A stretch of DNA of 64,000 nucleotides, from NCBI GenBank assembly GCA_964016885.1, contig OZ024741.1, positions 348,564,001-348,628,000 of the forward strand, given 5' to 3'. Positions 28,044-39,069 of this stretch are shown here, piece by piece. Numbering within the stretch: the stretch's first letter is position 1; each line of letters opens with the position of its first letter. This stretch comes from Eledone cirrhosa (lineage: Eukaryota). Both the position numbers and the translations under genes were made by a program. A model generated the notes under the pieces. The model made no database searches and was not told where the DNA came from. It was given only the letters and a program-made list of their open reading frames with translations.

Positions 28044-28200
28044 CGAAGAATGTGTGGCAAGGAACAGGTGGACCATAACGAACCAGAGTACTCGTACTTA
28101 GGGTAGTAGAGAGGGTAATAGGAAAAGATTCAGTACCTTGACGGCTCAGCTGCGGGCGTTTCGACAGCTAGATCCGAACGCGTGGGCGTTCTGACTCTTT
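28041..28200. repeat. Dispersed TA-abutting repeat, shorter copy at 19068-19132
   Basis: TAACGAAG...GTGG(C/T)AAGGAAC...GGTGGACCATAACG...AGTACTC...TACTT is shared, and both copies start directly after a TA run. Confidence 0.75.
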
Positions 28201-28203
28201 TCC

Positions 28204-28251
<48 letters not shown>

Positions 28252-28276
28252 ATTATATACATACATACACACACAC

Positions 28277-28321
<45 letters not shown>

Positions 28322-29299
28322 TGTGTCTGTGTGCGTTTGAATAAGTGTGTAGCTGGATGTGTATGTGTGTGCGCACGTATATATTCGAAAACAGCACGCA
28401 TTACTTTAATTCACTCAAACCGAAAATGAATCCAATTCAATAATGTCCATGATTTAATAAACAATACTTATTTCAATCGTGGTCCTTTGAAATCACTATA
28501 AGGATTTTATCGCTTCCGATTTTTGAACAATTGATAAAATAATATAAATTGTTTGGTATTCATAGGAACCAATACCTCCCCCCCCCCCAAAAAAAAAAAA
28601 CTGTTTCTATTATATGACTTAATGCTTGCATATTCCTACACACCGTTTAACGGTGGGCAATTTTGAAATACGTTATCAAAGCATAATGAGCTGAAAAATA
28701 TTTTAGATAAAGGAACCTCATTTGAACAACGTATTTCTCGAAAACAATACAAATGTTATTAGTTGTTTATAATATTTGACGCACTTTAATATAATCCAAA
28801 TCGTTTTGAAGATTCTAATATGCTTGGAACCAAAATATATTTGTAAACTTTTTATCAGATCATCTTTCAAGATTTGGCAAAGTATACATAAGCTGATTAT
28901 ATTTTAATTTGCAAGACTTTTCACTCAAATCAATATAATCTTTAGAAGATGAATGATTAGTTGTGGATATATTTATGAAATAAAAGATTGTATTCAACGA
29001 TGTCACAACCGAGACGTATTAAATGCGGATAAAGTTCGAAGATTTTTATTATTAATATTAACTGTTTTAGCATCAAAGTTTCTATAGAAATATAACATAA
29101 TACATTATATCAATGAAAATTCTTCAAATATATATGATTTTTTCCGGAGATATTACTAAATGAAAGGGAAATTACGATACAACTACAGATAGTGTGAATA
29201 AACTGAAGTCTGAGACATAGAGCTCCACATATTCCATTCCTTTCTGTATTACTATTATAATTGTTATTTAGCACAAACTACCTGGAAGTTTTCACTTAT

Positions 29300-30520
29300 G
29301 TTTGTGTCACGCCTATTTTCCTGAAAGCGCAAGTAACATGCTGATGATTTTTAATGTGTTGAGTAAGGCAGAGATTTGTATCAACGCTACAGTTTTTGTT
29401 ACCCCTATAACCTTCAGGAATATATCTATTGTGTTGTACGATAACGCACCAATAACAATATAGGTTACAATTGCTAAGATATGTCTCTTTATCCTTATCT
29501 CTGTAGCAAGCTCCCGGTGTGTTTCAGTCTATTCCTGCTTGTTGTTGGTCTCAATCCTGTCAGCACGATGGCTAGCTGAAATATTATACAATTTCTGACG
29601 CTTTGGCCGTAATAACTATGCTGAGTCTTCTATACTCTATGTTGCGGTCTGTCTTGGGTTTGAAGTCCCAAAGAACAGTGAACATGTCAATTTCAAACTT
29701 CTCTGCTTGCTGTCGATCACCTCTGAAACTTAGTTCAAATCGTTGTCAGTATAGAGTACAAACATTGCGATGCTTATAATCTTTCGATTATAGCAACGAC
29801 AAACATTCACGCTGTCTTTTGTGAATTCGTCCCTTTCGTTACACATTCGGCATTTAATATTCTCAATAAGACTTGAGATTACGCAGCTATGATTAGTCAT
29901 TAGCTATTTTTCAGGCACAATCAGAATTTCTCTGCCATTGATAAGTTGATATGTCTGAAATAGATCTTCCATAAATACGTCTTCCTCCTTTCTGTACCTC
30001 TTACTTTATATGGGGGTTAAAGGAATATACATGTGTCAGTAATATATTGTTATGGCCTGTAGATAGGCATTTTATGAATTCCAATAGGAAACCAAAGATA
30101 TACTTCTTCAGAATTTCTAGGATGAACCTTTGAACATGGTACATCTCAAGAGCTAATTGGATCATCATATGTGGAACTCAGCGGTAGTCATTTGCTGATC
30201 AAGCCACACCACATTAAGATCGTTTATTTGATCTAGTTATTTGGATTGTCTCCAAATGAGCACATTTAAATACTGGAATAGTTTCCCGTCCAGTGTCTTT
30301 CATCCTACTTTTGCATTTGCAGGCGGCAGGTTAAGCTTATAGCGTCTGGTATCAAGAGCCAGTACAAATTCTTCATTTGAATGAATAGCGTGGATGTCCT
30401 TGGAACTATGACTTGAGTCCTGGCCTTCGTTTTTAGACGTCTTATATGCTGGTGCAATGCGCAGCTGCTCATTCAACAGAATCTCCATGCAGCCTGTCTG
30501 TGTGCTACTCCATGTATGGC
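29300..30520. mobile_element. Possible decayed RTE-like LINE remnants
   Basis: APE-like fragments on minus (SIAMF/NVxTL-like start, LGDF-like at ~29665) and RT-like fragments on plus (FAD at ~30191, FKY at ~30265). No open frame. Confidence 0.3.
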
Positions 30521-31343
30521 GATTGATTGGTTTTATATATTAGCACCTTAAAATGTCTTGCATCTACATGTTTGTACTTTATGCTGGGCAATTGAGAGAG
30601 AGAATGAATTCAACAAGTGATATGATTTATGTCCTAGATTTATGGGCCTCATTAGTTTAGCTCCAAAGATGAAAGACAACGATCATGAATGCACGAGTGT
30701 GCCACCGTGTATGTGTCTGCGTGCGTTTGTGTATATGTGTGGGCGTGTGTTTGTGTGTGGGTGTGCGTTTGTGTATGTATGTGGGAGTGTCAGTATGTAA
30801 GTATATGTATGAATGAGCATATGTGTAATTCATTTTTTTTTTTAATGTGGAGCATTCTTTTTTGTTTTTATATGTATATGTCTGAATATCGGACGGTATG
30901 TGGGTTCGCAGGCTTAATATTAATATACGTTTACTTTGCTTCAGCATAATGACTCTTTCGAGTAGCTTGATGCTGAAAACATGATTAGCTGGACTTATTT
31001 CTGATCGATATCGCTCTGGTGTGTTTGTGACAGTAGTTCACATCCTGCTACCAACGCAATGCATATATATTTACTATTACGTCTATTAATCGTAACTCTC
31101 AAGTTTCTGTAGTGGAGCATTTTAATATTAACGAGTGATTCCTTAAAAGTATAGTAATGGCCATAATCGTCTCACAAATATCTAGTATTAATTGAATACT
31201 ATATAATGAACTAATATGCAACCGTAATATTGAAATAGCACAGCCCAGTACATTCAATGAGTTCGATATTACACACACATAAACATTCACGCGTGCACAC
31301 GCATGAACATATATATATATATATATGAATATATATATGAGTG

Positions 31344-31407
<64 letters not shown>

Positions 31408-31441
31408 TATATATATATATATATAGATATGTATGTATATA

Positions 31442-31500
<59 letters not shown>

Positions 31501-31514
31501 CTATATATATATAC

Positions 31515-31580
<66 letters not shown>

Positions 31581-33359
31581 GAAAGAGGAATAGAAAAGGG
31601 GAGAGATGAAAAGATATATGCTGCATATGGCTTTGAAATTATATCATTAGTTTCTTTATCTGATTGATTTACCATGAATTGATTTTTTTTTCCTTTTATA
31701 AATATTTTACTATGGGTAACCTTTATTTGAGTGGATGGTAATTGGTAGAATAACTAAAGTTATCAAGCTACTTTTATAGATATTAGAAAATGAAAGAGCT
31801 GCATCGTTTTCTATGCAAATCACATCCAATCAGATAGCATATACATAGTCGTTAGACTTGGAAAGTACAGACAGAGATGGAAGCACCCCATATACTACTC
31901 ATAATCTTTTATAAATGAACTAAATAAAGATTATTTCACTGGCATAGAGATAGACAGAATTGAGTTATCTAGAACAGTACTGATTTTAGGCCTTCTCGAC
32001 GAGAGATGTATCATTGTTGGTGTGTTTACAGCGTTATGATTCCTTCTAACCAATACACACTCCTCAAACAAACTACTGACTAAAGATATTTTAGTTGTGA
32101 TCCTTTGTCCGAAACTTTATTATTTAAAACAATGTTGGTTTTCAGACAGTAATGTGCAATCTGCAGAAGATACAGCAGAGGATACAGCTGCTATTTCAAA
32201 CTTTACGGGCAGCCACGTAAATGTTCATTCGTTGGCTCGTTCAACATGATTGAATGAAATAAAAAACATTTCAACGTATCACTGTTAAAAATATCCTGTA
32301 GATATTTCAGCTAAAATAACAGCGTAAATTCTGTTCGTATCGGAAGAATCAAAATATTTGTCAGTAATCTACCATTAAATAATTATACTTCTTTTTTCAT
32401 GTCTAATTTCATCATTTGTTTTCTCGGAATCTATTTTTTCTCTTATATTTTTATATAAATATATTCGTGTTAAGATATTTTTTGTACGCTTCTGTCTACA
32501 AATGTTAAGTATAGCAGCTATATCATTCTCAGTTTGCGTTTATTGGATATGATCATATATTTATTTTGTGTATAAATAACTAAGGCGTATATTATGCATC
32601 GGTTTCAACACACAAAACATTCATTGTTTAATGATAGCATATTATTTTTGTACCTATAACTATTTATTTATAGTATTGAGCTCTGGAGATAACTACATTC
32701 AGCAGTGCTCATGACCTTTGCCGGCCTCATTAACCTTCTACATTAAATATTATTGTGGCTGGTCCAGAGTTCAAACAGCTAAAAAGAAAATGGCCAGATA
32801 ATAGAGTAGTTTAGCGTGATAATGACTATATAAATTCAAGCAAGAAGCACCTAAAACAATCATGTAAATGTAATGCATTTTACTGAGCATTCGGGGTATT
32901 GACACAAGAAAAACATCTTTGGAAATTATTATTTGTGAAATTATCAAATAAATATTTTAAGATACATATAAGTGTAAACATTCACACATATACATGTGTC
33001 AGATTTCCTGTTTTTGCATTACTTGTTTTCAATATATATTATGTATATATAATCAAATATATAGGTATACATATATGTATATATATAAATAGATAAGTTT
33101 CTTTTATTTGCCACTAGGGCATCAAAAGTGGGACAAGTACAAAGGGGGGAGTTTACACAAAAAGGCGTCCTCAATAAGGAGGAGGCAATAACAAAATATA
33201 AAAATAAAATAAGATATAACAAAAAATAAAATTTTTAACAAAATCCTCAATAGAGAGGAGGCGCCTTGGGGGGTCGCACACACCCCCGAAAAAAGTGTGC
33301 AACCCTTTTCCTCAGGAGCACAGAGAGGGGGTGCTCCCTCGTTCCTTCCTCTTTTCCAC

Positions 33360-36300
33360 CTACAGGCTTATGTAAAGAGAAGGCCCATTCACACGGGCCA
33401 TTCTCGCCACTTTCACCCACCTTTCATAAAAACGACTGGGGTGCAGCACCTCTCTCTCCATCCTGATCCTTCTTCCGAAATGATATCGGAAGAAACGGAC
33501 CAGTTGTTGGCCAGAGAGAAAGGTGCCTGACCTCAGTCCTTTCAGACGCGTCCACCATACAACCTCTTTCGCCATGGCTATTACGCACAGAAACACCGCC
33601 TCTGCTTCATCTTTGAAGGGGGGAGGCGGCTTGATCATTACAATAGACTCGGTGGTCAACCGGATCGGTCCCACCCTTGACAGCAGTTGTTCGACATAGC
33701 CCCACAGATCGGCTACGCCCGAGCAGTGTACCAATGCGTGTGCAACGGTTTCCTCGTCGCACACGCATCTGGGACAGATCTTTTTGGCGGGGTCCCTACC
33801 CGGGCGCCCGTGTCTGTAGAGCCTTTCTCGAACGGGTAAAGCCCCTCGGTAGCACTGCCAGGCCAGGGACTTCTGGAAGTTGTCCATAGGTCCCGGGCTG
33901 AATGTCCTACCGAACAGGCTGGCCAGTTCGTCCTCCTCCATGTCTAGGGCTTCTCCGAGGGCGTCGTCGCACCTGCTGCGTACCAGCCCTCTATAGAATG
34001 TTGCGGTGGAGTCTCCACTGATAACCGGATCCGCCTGCCAGAGGGCGGTGAGCGCCTGGGCACACTCAGTGTGCCAGGCGCCCAGTTTTCTCGGTCTTTG
34101 CTTGACCCAGGATTGCAGCTCGGTGAGTGAGACGAGTCTGGGAAAGGTTCGTCTCACAAACGAGGCCCACACCGGTTGTCCGGTGAGGAATACGTAGAGG
34201 TGCCGTAGCCTTAATGCGTGTTTACGCATCATTAGCCACGGCATCCCCAGCCCTCCTTTCGAAGGGTGTTGACAGCAGATGGATCTCCTCACCATAGGAG
34301 CCCGCCTCTTCCAAAGGAATTGGAAGAGCGCGCGCTCCATCTTGGTGAGGGTTTCCCTTGGGCAGGGCACTACGGTCAGGCGGTAGTAGATGACGGACGC
34401 TATATAAGTGTTCGCCACCTCCGCCCGACCTTTCAGGGATAGTTTGCAACTGGCCCACTTCTGGGTCAGTGCAAACACCCTGTTCGTAACCTCCGCCCAG
34501 TTTTTCTCCACCTGGAGGTCCGGTCCGAACCAGACCCCGAGCAACTTCACCGGGCCCTCCGTCCAGCGTCCGACGACGCCATCAGAGGGCATCGGTCTGC
34601 CCCTCCACGTGCCGAGTTGCAAACCGATCGACTTGTCCCGGTTCAGCTTAGCCCCTGTGAACTTTTCGTACTCCTCCAGTAAGGTGCCGACCGCCTCGAT
34701 TTCGGAGGCCGTCGACACCATTACTGTCACATCATCGGCGTAGGCTGACACCGCTTTCCGCAATCCCGGTTCCAAAGGGATGCCCTGCAACAACTCCAAC
34801 TTCCGCAGTAGTGGCTCGAGAGTCAACACATACAGAAGGGAGGAGAGAGGGCACCCTTGTCGGATGGACCGCGCGATTTTGAACGGCTCCGAGAGGTAGC
34901 CGTTCACCTTGACCCTAGAGCAGATGCGGCTGCTGTGCATAGCAGTGATCCAGCCCCTGAAAACGGGTCCGAAGCCTGCCGCCGCTAGCACCGCATCCAG
35001 GTAACCATGGTCGACCCTATCGAACGCCTTAGATTGATCCAAGTTGATCAGAGCCCCACCAAAGCCGGGTTCGTTCCCAACCCTCTCTATGATGTATCGC
35101 ATGAGGTGGAGGTTGTCATGGATGGACCTGGACGGGATAGCGCATGTCTGCGCATCTCCCACCAGGTTGCCCACGACAAGCGCCAACCTCTTTGCTAGCA
35201 CCTTGGCCAAAATCTGTAACTCTGTATTTAGCAGAGTTATGGGCCTGAAGTTACTTATTTCGTCCCCCTTGTTCTCGTCCTTCCTCACTAGCGTGACTAC
35301 GCCCTTGGTCACAGTACAGGGAATTCTCCCGTTCTGTTGCCAGTTGCAGTAGACCGCCTCGAGGAGATCGGGGAACAAGTCCGGCATAGCTAGATATAAT
35401 TCGTAAGGAAGACCATCGAGACCCTGGGATTTGCGTTTGCCGCATTGGCTCAGCACGTCCTCTATCTCAGCGGCCGAAATCGGCTCCTCGCAGGACTTCG
35501 CCTCCCTGTCCGAGAGGCGCGGCAGGCCGTCGAGGTATGGACCGAAGTCCACGTTCCCAACCGGCTCCCCGCCCCTCCCGAACAGTCGGGAAAAGTGCCT
35601 TTGAAAGGCCTCACACATCTGCTTAGGCTCAAGAATCGCCCGTCCATCCAGGTCTCGCAAAGACCGGATGGTGGATTTAGTTCCACTGTTGGCCTCTGTC
35701 ACGCGGGCCCAGCTAACAGCTTTGGCCCCCTCGTTCCCTAGAGCACGTATTTTACTTCGGACAACGCAGCCTTCGTGCTTCGCGTCGAAAAACTGGCTCA
35801 AAGCCGTTCTCGACGCTAGCACTCTGGCCACGTCGCCGCTTCTAATTGCCTCTTCTACTCTATCTATTAGCTCCCTTTCCTTCCTATTCCTATCCGCAGC
35901 TAGAACCTTACTAAATTCAATCGAGACTACTCTAATCTCTCTCTTTAGAGATACCCACCACCTGCTGTTGACGATCGCTCCAGTCAACCGTTCCTTAACT
36001 AACGTACTAATCCGATTCCTGTAGGCTCTACTTGCCGGCAAGGACAAATTGAGCTTCCAGTAACCGGGGCCCTGTCTATGAGTTCTGTCAAGGTTGACCA
36101 TGCAGGTCACCAACTTGTGGTCTGAATAGCCAACCATGCGCATTTTTGGACAACTTAAAAAGTCCTTATCCTTAATTCTAACTAAGAACCTATCTAGGTA
36201 CGACCTAGATGATCCGCTACGATTTGCCCAAGTCCAGGTTGGCGCAGTCGGAAAATCTAGTCGATATCTATCGGCCAGGTCAAATCGACCGATTAACCCT

Positions 36301-36797
36301 TTGAGGCTATTACACCCCTCTCTATCGGGGCAGGCCCCTACGTAGTCCCAGCGTGCATCTAGGATACCATTCCAGTCCCCCACTAATAGCAAGGAGCGGG
36401 ACGTCCCTAGAAAAGTCTCCAGACGATGGAAGAAGTCCGGCCGCATTGACCTGAAAGGGCCGTAGGCGGCTACCAACCTAAACGCTCCACCTTTACCACT
36501 GCCAAGGTCCAGAACCACTAGTCGACCCTCCGGGTCCAAATGTACCATCTGTGTTGCGAGACCCAGATGTTTTTGCAGCAGAACGACAACTCCACCCCCG
36601 CCTCCGGGCTGACAGAGAGATGCGTGCATCTCAAAGTCATCAAAGGCGGGGGCCAGCTGTCGCACGTTGCTGATCCGGGCCTCGCAAATAACCATCACAT
36701 CTATACGTTGTGACCTGAGGTCATTTAGAAGCATTGCTTGCTTCCAAGTTGAGCCCAGGCCACGCGCATTTAAACAGCCTACTCTTAGCATAGCCAT
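33360..36797 (-). CDS. LINE ORF2p: APE endonuclease, reverse transcriptase, C-terminal zinc finger
   Basis: APE: CLNARGL, LVGDWNG, SYLDRF, SDH. RT: GLDGLP, NFRPITLLN, LDQSKAFDRV, RQGCPLS, AYADD, LLGVWF. C-terminal CPRC...ETVAHALVHC. The ATG start is chosen because CCAACATGGCT is conserved in the 61 kb copy (the track starts at GTG 36821). Confidence 0.96.
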   Translation of the reverse strand: MAMLRVGCLNARGLGSTWKQAMLLNDLRSQRIDVMVICEARISNVRQLAPAFDDFEMHASLCQPGGGGGVVVLLQKHLGLATQMVHLDPEGRLVVLDLGSGKGGAFRLVAAYGPFRSMRPDFFHRLETFLGTSRSLLLVGDWNGILDARWDYVGACPDREGCNSLKGLIGRFDLADRYRLDFPTAPTWTWANRSGSSRSYLDRFLVRIKDKDFLSCPKMRMVGYSDHKLVTCMVNLDRTHRQGPGYWKLNLSLPASRAYRNRISTLVKERLTGAIVNSRWWVSLKREIRVVSIEFSKVLAADRNRKERELIDRVEEAIRSGDVARVLASRTALSQFFDAKHEGCVVRSKIRALGNEGAKAVSWARVTEANSGTKSTIRSLRDLDGRAILEPKQMCEAFQRHFSRLFGRGGEPVGNVDFGPYLDGLPRLSDREAKSCEEPISAAEIEDVLSQCGKRKSQGLDGLPYELYLAMPDLFPDLLEAVYCNWQQNGRIPCTVTKGVVTLVRKDENKGDEISNFRPITLLNTELQILAKVLAKRLALVVGNLVGDAQTCAIPSRSIHDNLHLMRYIIERVGNEPGFGGALINLDQSKAFDRVDHGYLDAVLAAAGFGPVFRGWITAMHSSRICSRVKVNGYLSEPFKIARSIRQGCPLSSLLYVLTLEPLLRKLELLQGIPLEPGLRKAVSAYADDVTVMVSTASEIEAVGTLLEEYEKFTGAKLNRDKSIGLQLGTWRGRPMPSDGVVGRWTEGPVKLLGVWFGPDLQVEKNWAEVTNRVFALTQKWASCKLSLKGRAEVANTYIASVIYYRLTVVPCPRETLTKMERALFQFLWKRRAPMVRRSICCQHPSKGGLGMPWLMMRKHALRLRHLYVFLTGQPVWASFVRRTFPRLVSLTELQSWVKQRPRKLGAWHTECAQALTALWQADPVISGDSTATFYRGLVRSRCDDALGEALDMEEDELASLFGRTFSPGPMDNFQKSLAWQCYRGALPVRERLYRHGRPGRDPAKKICPRCVCDEETVAHALVHCSGVADLWGYVEQLLSRVGPIRLTTESIVMIKPPPPFKDEAEAVFLCVIAMAKEVVWWTRLKGLRSGTFLSGQQLVRFFRYHFGRRIRMEREVLHPSRFYERWVKVARMARVNGPSLYISL

Positions 36798-36977
36798 GTT
36801 GGTAGTGAAGAGAAAAGGCACTTACCTCTCTGCGTCCCGGGTATCGGGCTGCACAATTTCCATTAGGGTGGGGGATGGGTTGTTGGGTGGGGTGGTGGTT
36901 TGTGGAAGTGTGGGGGCATCAGTGTGATGTGTGGTTGGGGAGCTTGGAGTTGTGTGGGTGTTTGGGGAGGGGGTGGG

Positions 36978-37805
36978 TTAGTTTTTTAGGAGGACGCGGT
37001 TAATGGGCCCGACGCAGGGGGGACCCACGTCCTCTTTAAAATTGTTTTTTAAAGTTTTATAGGTGTCCTGTGGGGCCTTAATCATTTTGAGGTGGGGGAA
37101 ATCCCCTGCCTGGGTGAAGTTAGGCCCTTGTGTTTTTATTAGATTGTTGTTGTACACAATGTTTAACAGTTTTTTGTTTCTTGTATTTATGTATGTGTAT
37201 GCATGTTTTTGTTTTTGTGTGGTGTTTTTTGTTTGCTGTTGTTGTGAGCTCTTTTGTGTTGGTGTCAGTGTTATGTTTTGGGGAGGGGTTTTTTTCATTT
37301 GTGTGTCTGAGGTGTGTTTTCTTTTTTTTCTTTTGATTGTGTGGAAGTGCTCCTCCTCGTCTGACGACGAACTAGGGTCATCTTCCGCGTTGGAGGGGAG
37401 GGGTATATTTTCGGGTTGTGTTTGCGGTACGGGTGTTTTGGAAATTGTTTTTGTTTTTTGAGTGGAGGGGATGGGTTGGACATTGTTTTGTTTTTGTTTG
37501 AGCTGTGGTGGTTGTTTTTGTAGTGGTAGTTGTGTTGATTGTGTTGGTTGTGCAGTTGTTGGTGGTGTAGGCAGGATTGGGGTTTTCTTATTAAGTTGGG
37601 GACAGACAGCCCTCAGGTGACCTCTGGTTCCGCAGAGGTAACACGAGGGCCGTCTACCCTCAACGGTAATGTTGATGAAGGTTAGATCATCCAGTATGAC
37701 GCGTTCAGGGATCTGGGCGATCCTTTCGGGCCTCATTTGAACTACAAGTTCGAGGCTCGTTCCACTGAACGCGTCACCCGATGCCTTTCCCATGGACACC
37801 AGCAT
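36978..37805 (-). CDS. LINE ORF1p, probably N-terminally truncated, with a CCHC zinc knuckle
   Basis: CYLCGTRGHLRAVC (CX2CX4HX4C) follows IPERV...VEGRRP, then a low-complexity P/Q/T/K-rich region. It lies upstream of ORF2 and begins abruptly at a GT-rich flank. Confidence 0.85.
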   Translation of the reverse strand: MLVSMGKASGDAFSGTSLELVVQMRPERIAQIPERVILDDLTFINITVEGRRPSCYLCGTRGHLRAVCPQLNKKTPILPTPPTTAQPTQSTQLPLQKQPPQLKQKQNNVQPIPSTQKTKTISKTPVPQTQPENIPLPSNAEDDPSSSSDEEEHFHTIKRKKRKHTSDTQMKKTPPQNITLTPTQKSSQQQQTKNTTQKQKHAYTYINTRNKKLLNIVYNNNLIKTQGPNFTQAGDFPHLKMIKAPQDTYKTLKNNFKEDVGPPCVGPINRVLLKN

Positions 37806-38839
37806 GCGTGTGTGATGTGTTTATATTTAAGTATATACAAAAGAAGATATATATATATATGTGTATGTGTGTTTGAGTGTGTGTATGTGTTTTTTTGTGT
37901 GTGTAAACAAATACATAGATACATTATAGGAATAAGTAACTTTATATAACTTTGGACGGTTACATCACTAGATACGGATATATAGGTTTTGTTCTATTAT
38001 ATTCATTCTAAAGAGATTTGATTGATTGAATCTACAAGAATATGAACGTTGATAGGGGGAAACATCATTTGAGGAAATATATTCATCATTTACAACTTAC
38101 ATTTAAACATAAATTATGAATGGAATGAAGTATTTTCATGAAATATGAAATACACAATGAAAGACTCGATATTAGTTATCGCTAGTAGTTCGTATGGAAA
38201 TGTTTAATAGTAAAATATAAAAAAAAACATTACGTGATGCTAGAAATGTAACAATATGTATAAACACATTGGTATTAACAATTATAACCTAGAGCTTGAA
38301 TATATCAAACTGGATGCCCACTGAATAGAATAGTCAATGCAGATAGAAAAGAAAACCAATTATAGCGTACTGAGCTCACCTAACTACAGCAGACCCAAAC
38401 AGAATATACGTACTTCACATAATAGAAAGGTGTGCACTGACACTTTGATGGTGTCATTCCTCAACAAAACTTAGACTGGAAATGTACTTCGGGGCAAATA
38501 GAGGAAACGGATAAATGTATAAAAGAAACATACATAAATAAGAAAACATCCATGTATGTATACAAGGAAAAAATAAATGAATAAACAGAAACTCAATTCA
38601 AAAAATCAGTTTATCTAATACCACATGACAAAAGTCAACGTGACGAAAGCTGAAATGTAAATCGTATTAGAAAACGTACTAAAGGCGATTTGAGAGAAAA
38701 TCAACTGCACAGCAAATATACCGCACGATTGAACAGAGCAAGAAGGCAAAGTAAAAGTTAGCAATGGCTCAGAAGCTAAAAGCGAAAACGGGGATGGATT
38801 TATTCTCGCTGTACAACAACAACAATAACAATAATAATT

Positions 38840-39045
38840 TCGGATATACGCACAAGGCCAACACTTTTGGGGAAGGTATAGTCGATTAAATCGACCCTAG
38901 TGCGTTACTGGTACTATATTTTATCGACGCCGTAAGAAAGAAAGGCAAAGTTAATCTCGGTGGGATTTGATCTCAGAACGTAAAGGGACGTAACTATTAG
39001 CCTCAAAACGTTGTCCAACGTTCTACTAATTCTGCCAATCCACCA
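38840..39045 (-). mobile_element. tRNA-derived SINE, Meta-like central domain
   Basis: Same family as 63448-63637 (GCACAAGGCC...GGTACT...TCGAC...GAAAGGCAAAGTTAA...GGATTTGA.CTCAGA...CTGCCAATCCACC). Confidence 0.85.
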
Positions 39046-39069
39046 ATTATAATAACAAGTATTATTATT

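Larger units (their letters stand above)
33098..37805 (-). mobile_element. L1/Tx1-clade non-LTR retrotransposon, 5'-truncated, young
   Basis: ORF1 end, intact ORF2, ~260 bp 3' UTR ending AATAAAAGAAA. GC content is sharply higher than the flanks. No TSD seen. Confidence 0.93.

Noticed and set aside
33677-37461. Plus-strand ORFs overlapping the LINE
   Set aside because: They are antisense shadows of GC-rich ORF1 and ORF2 with no recognisable domains.
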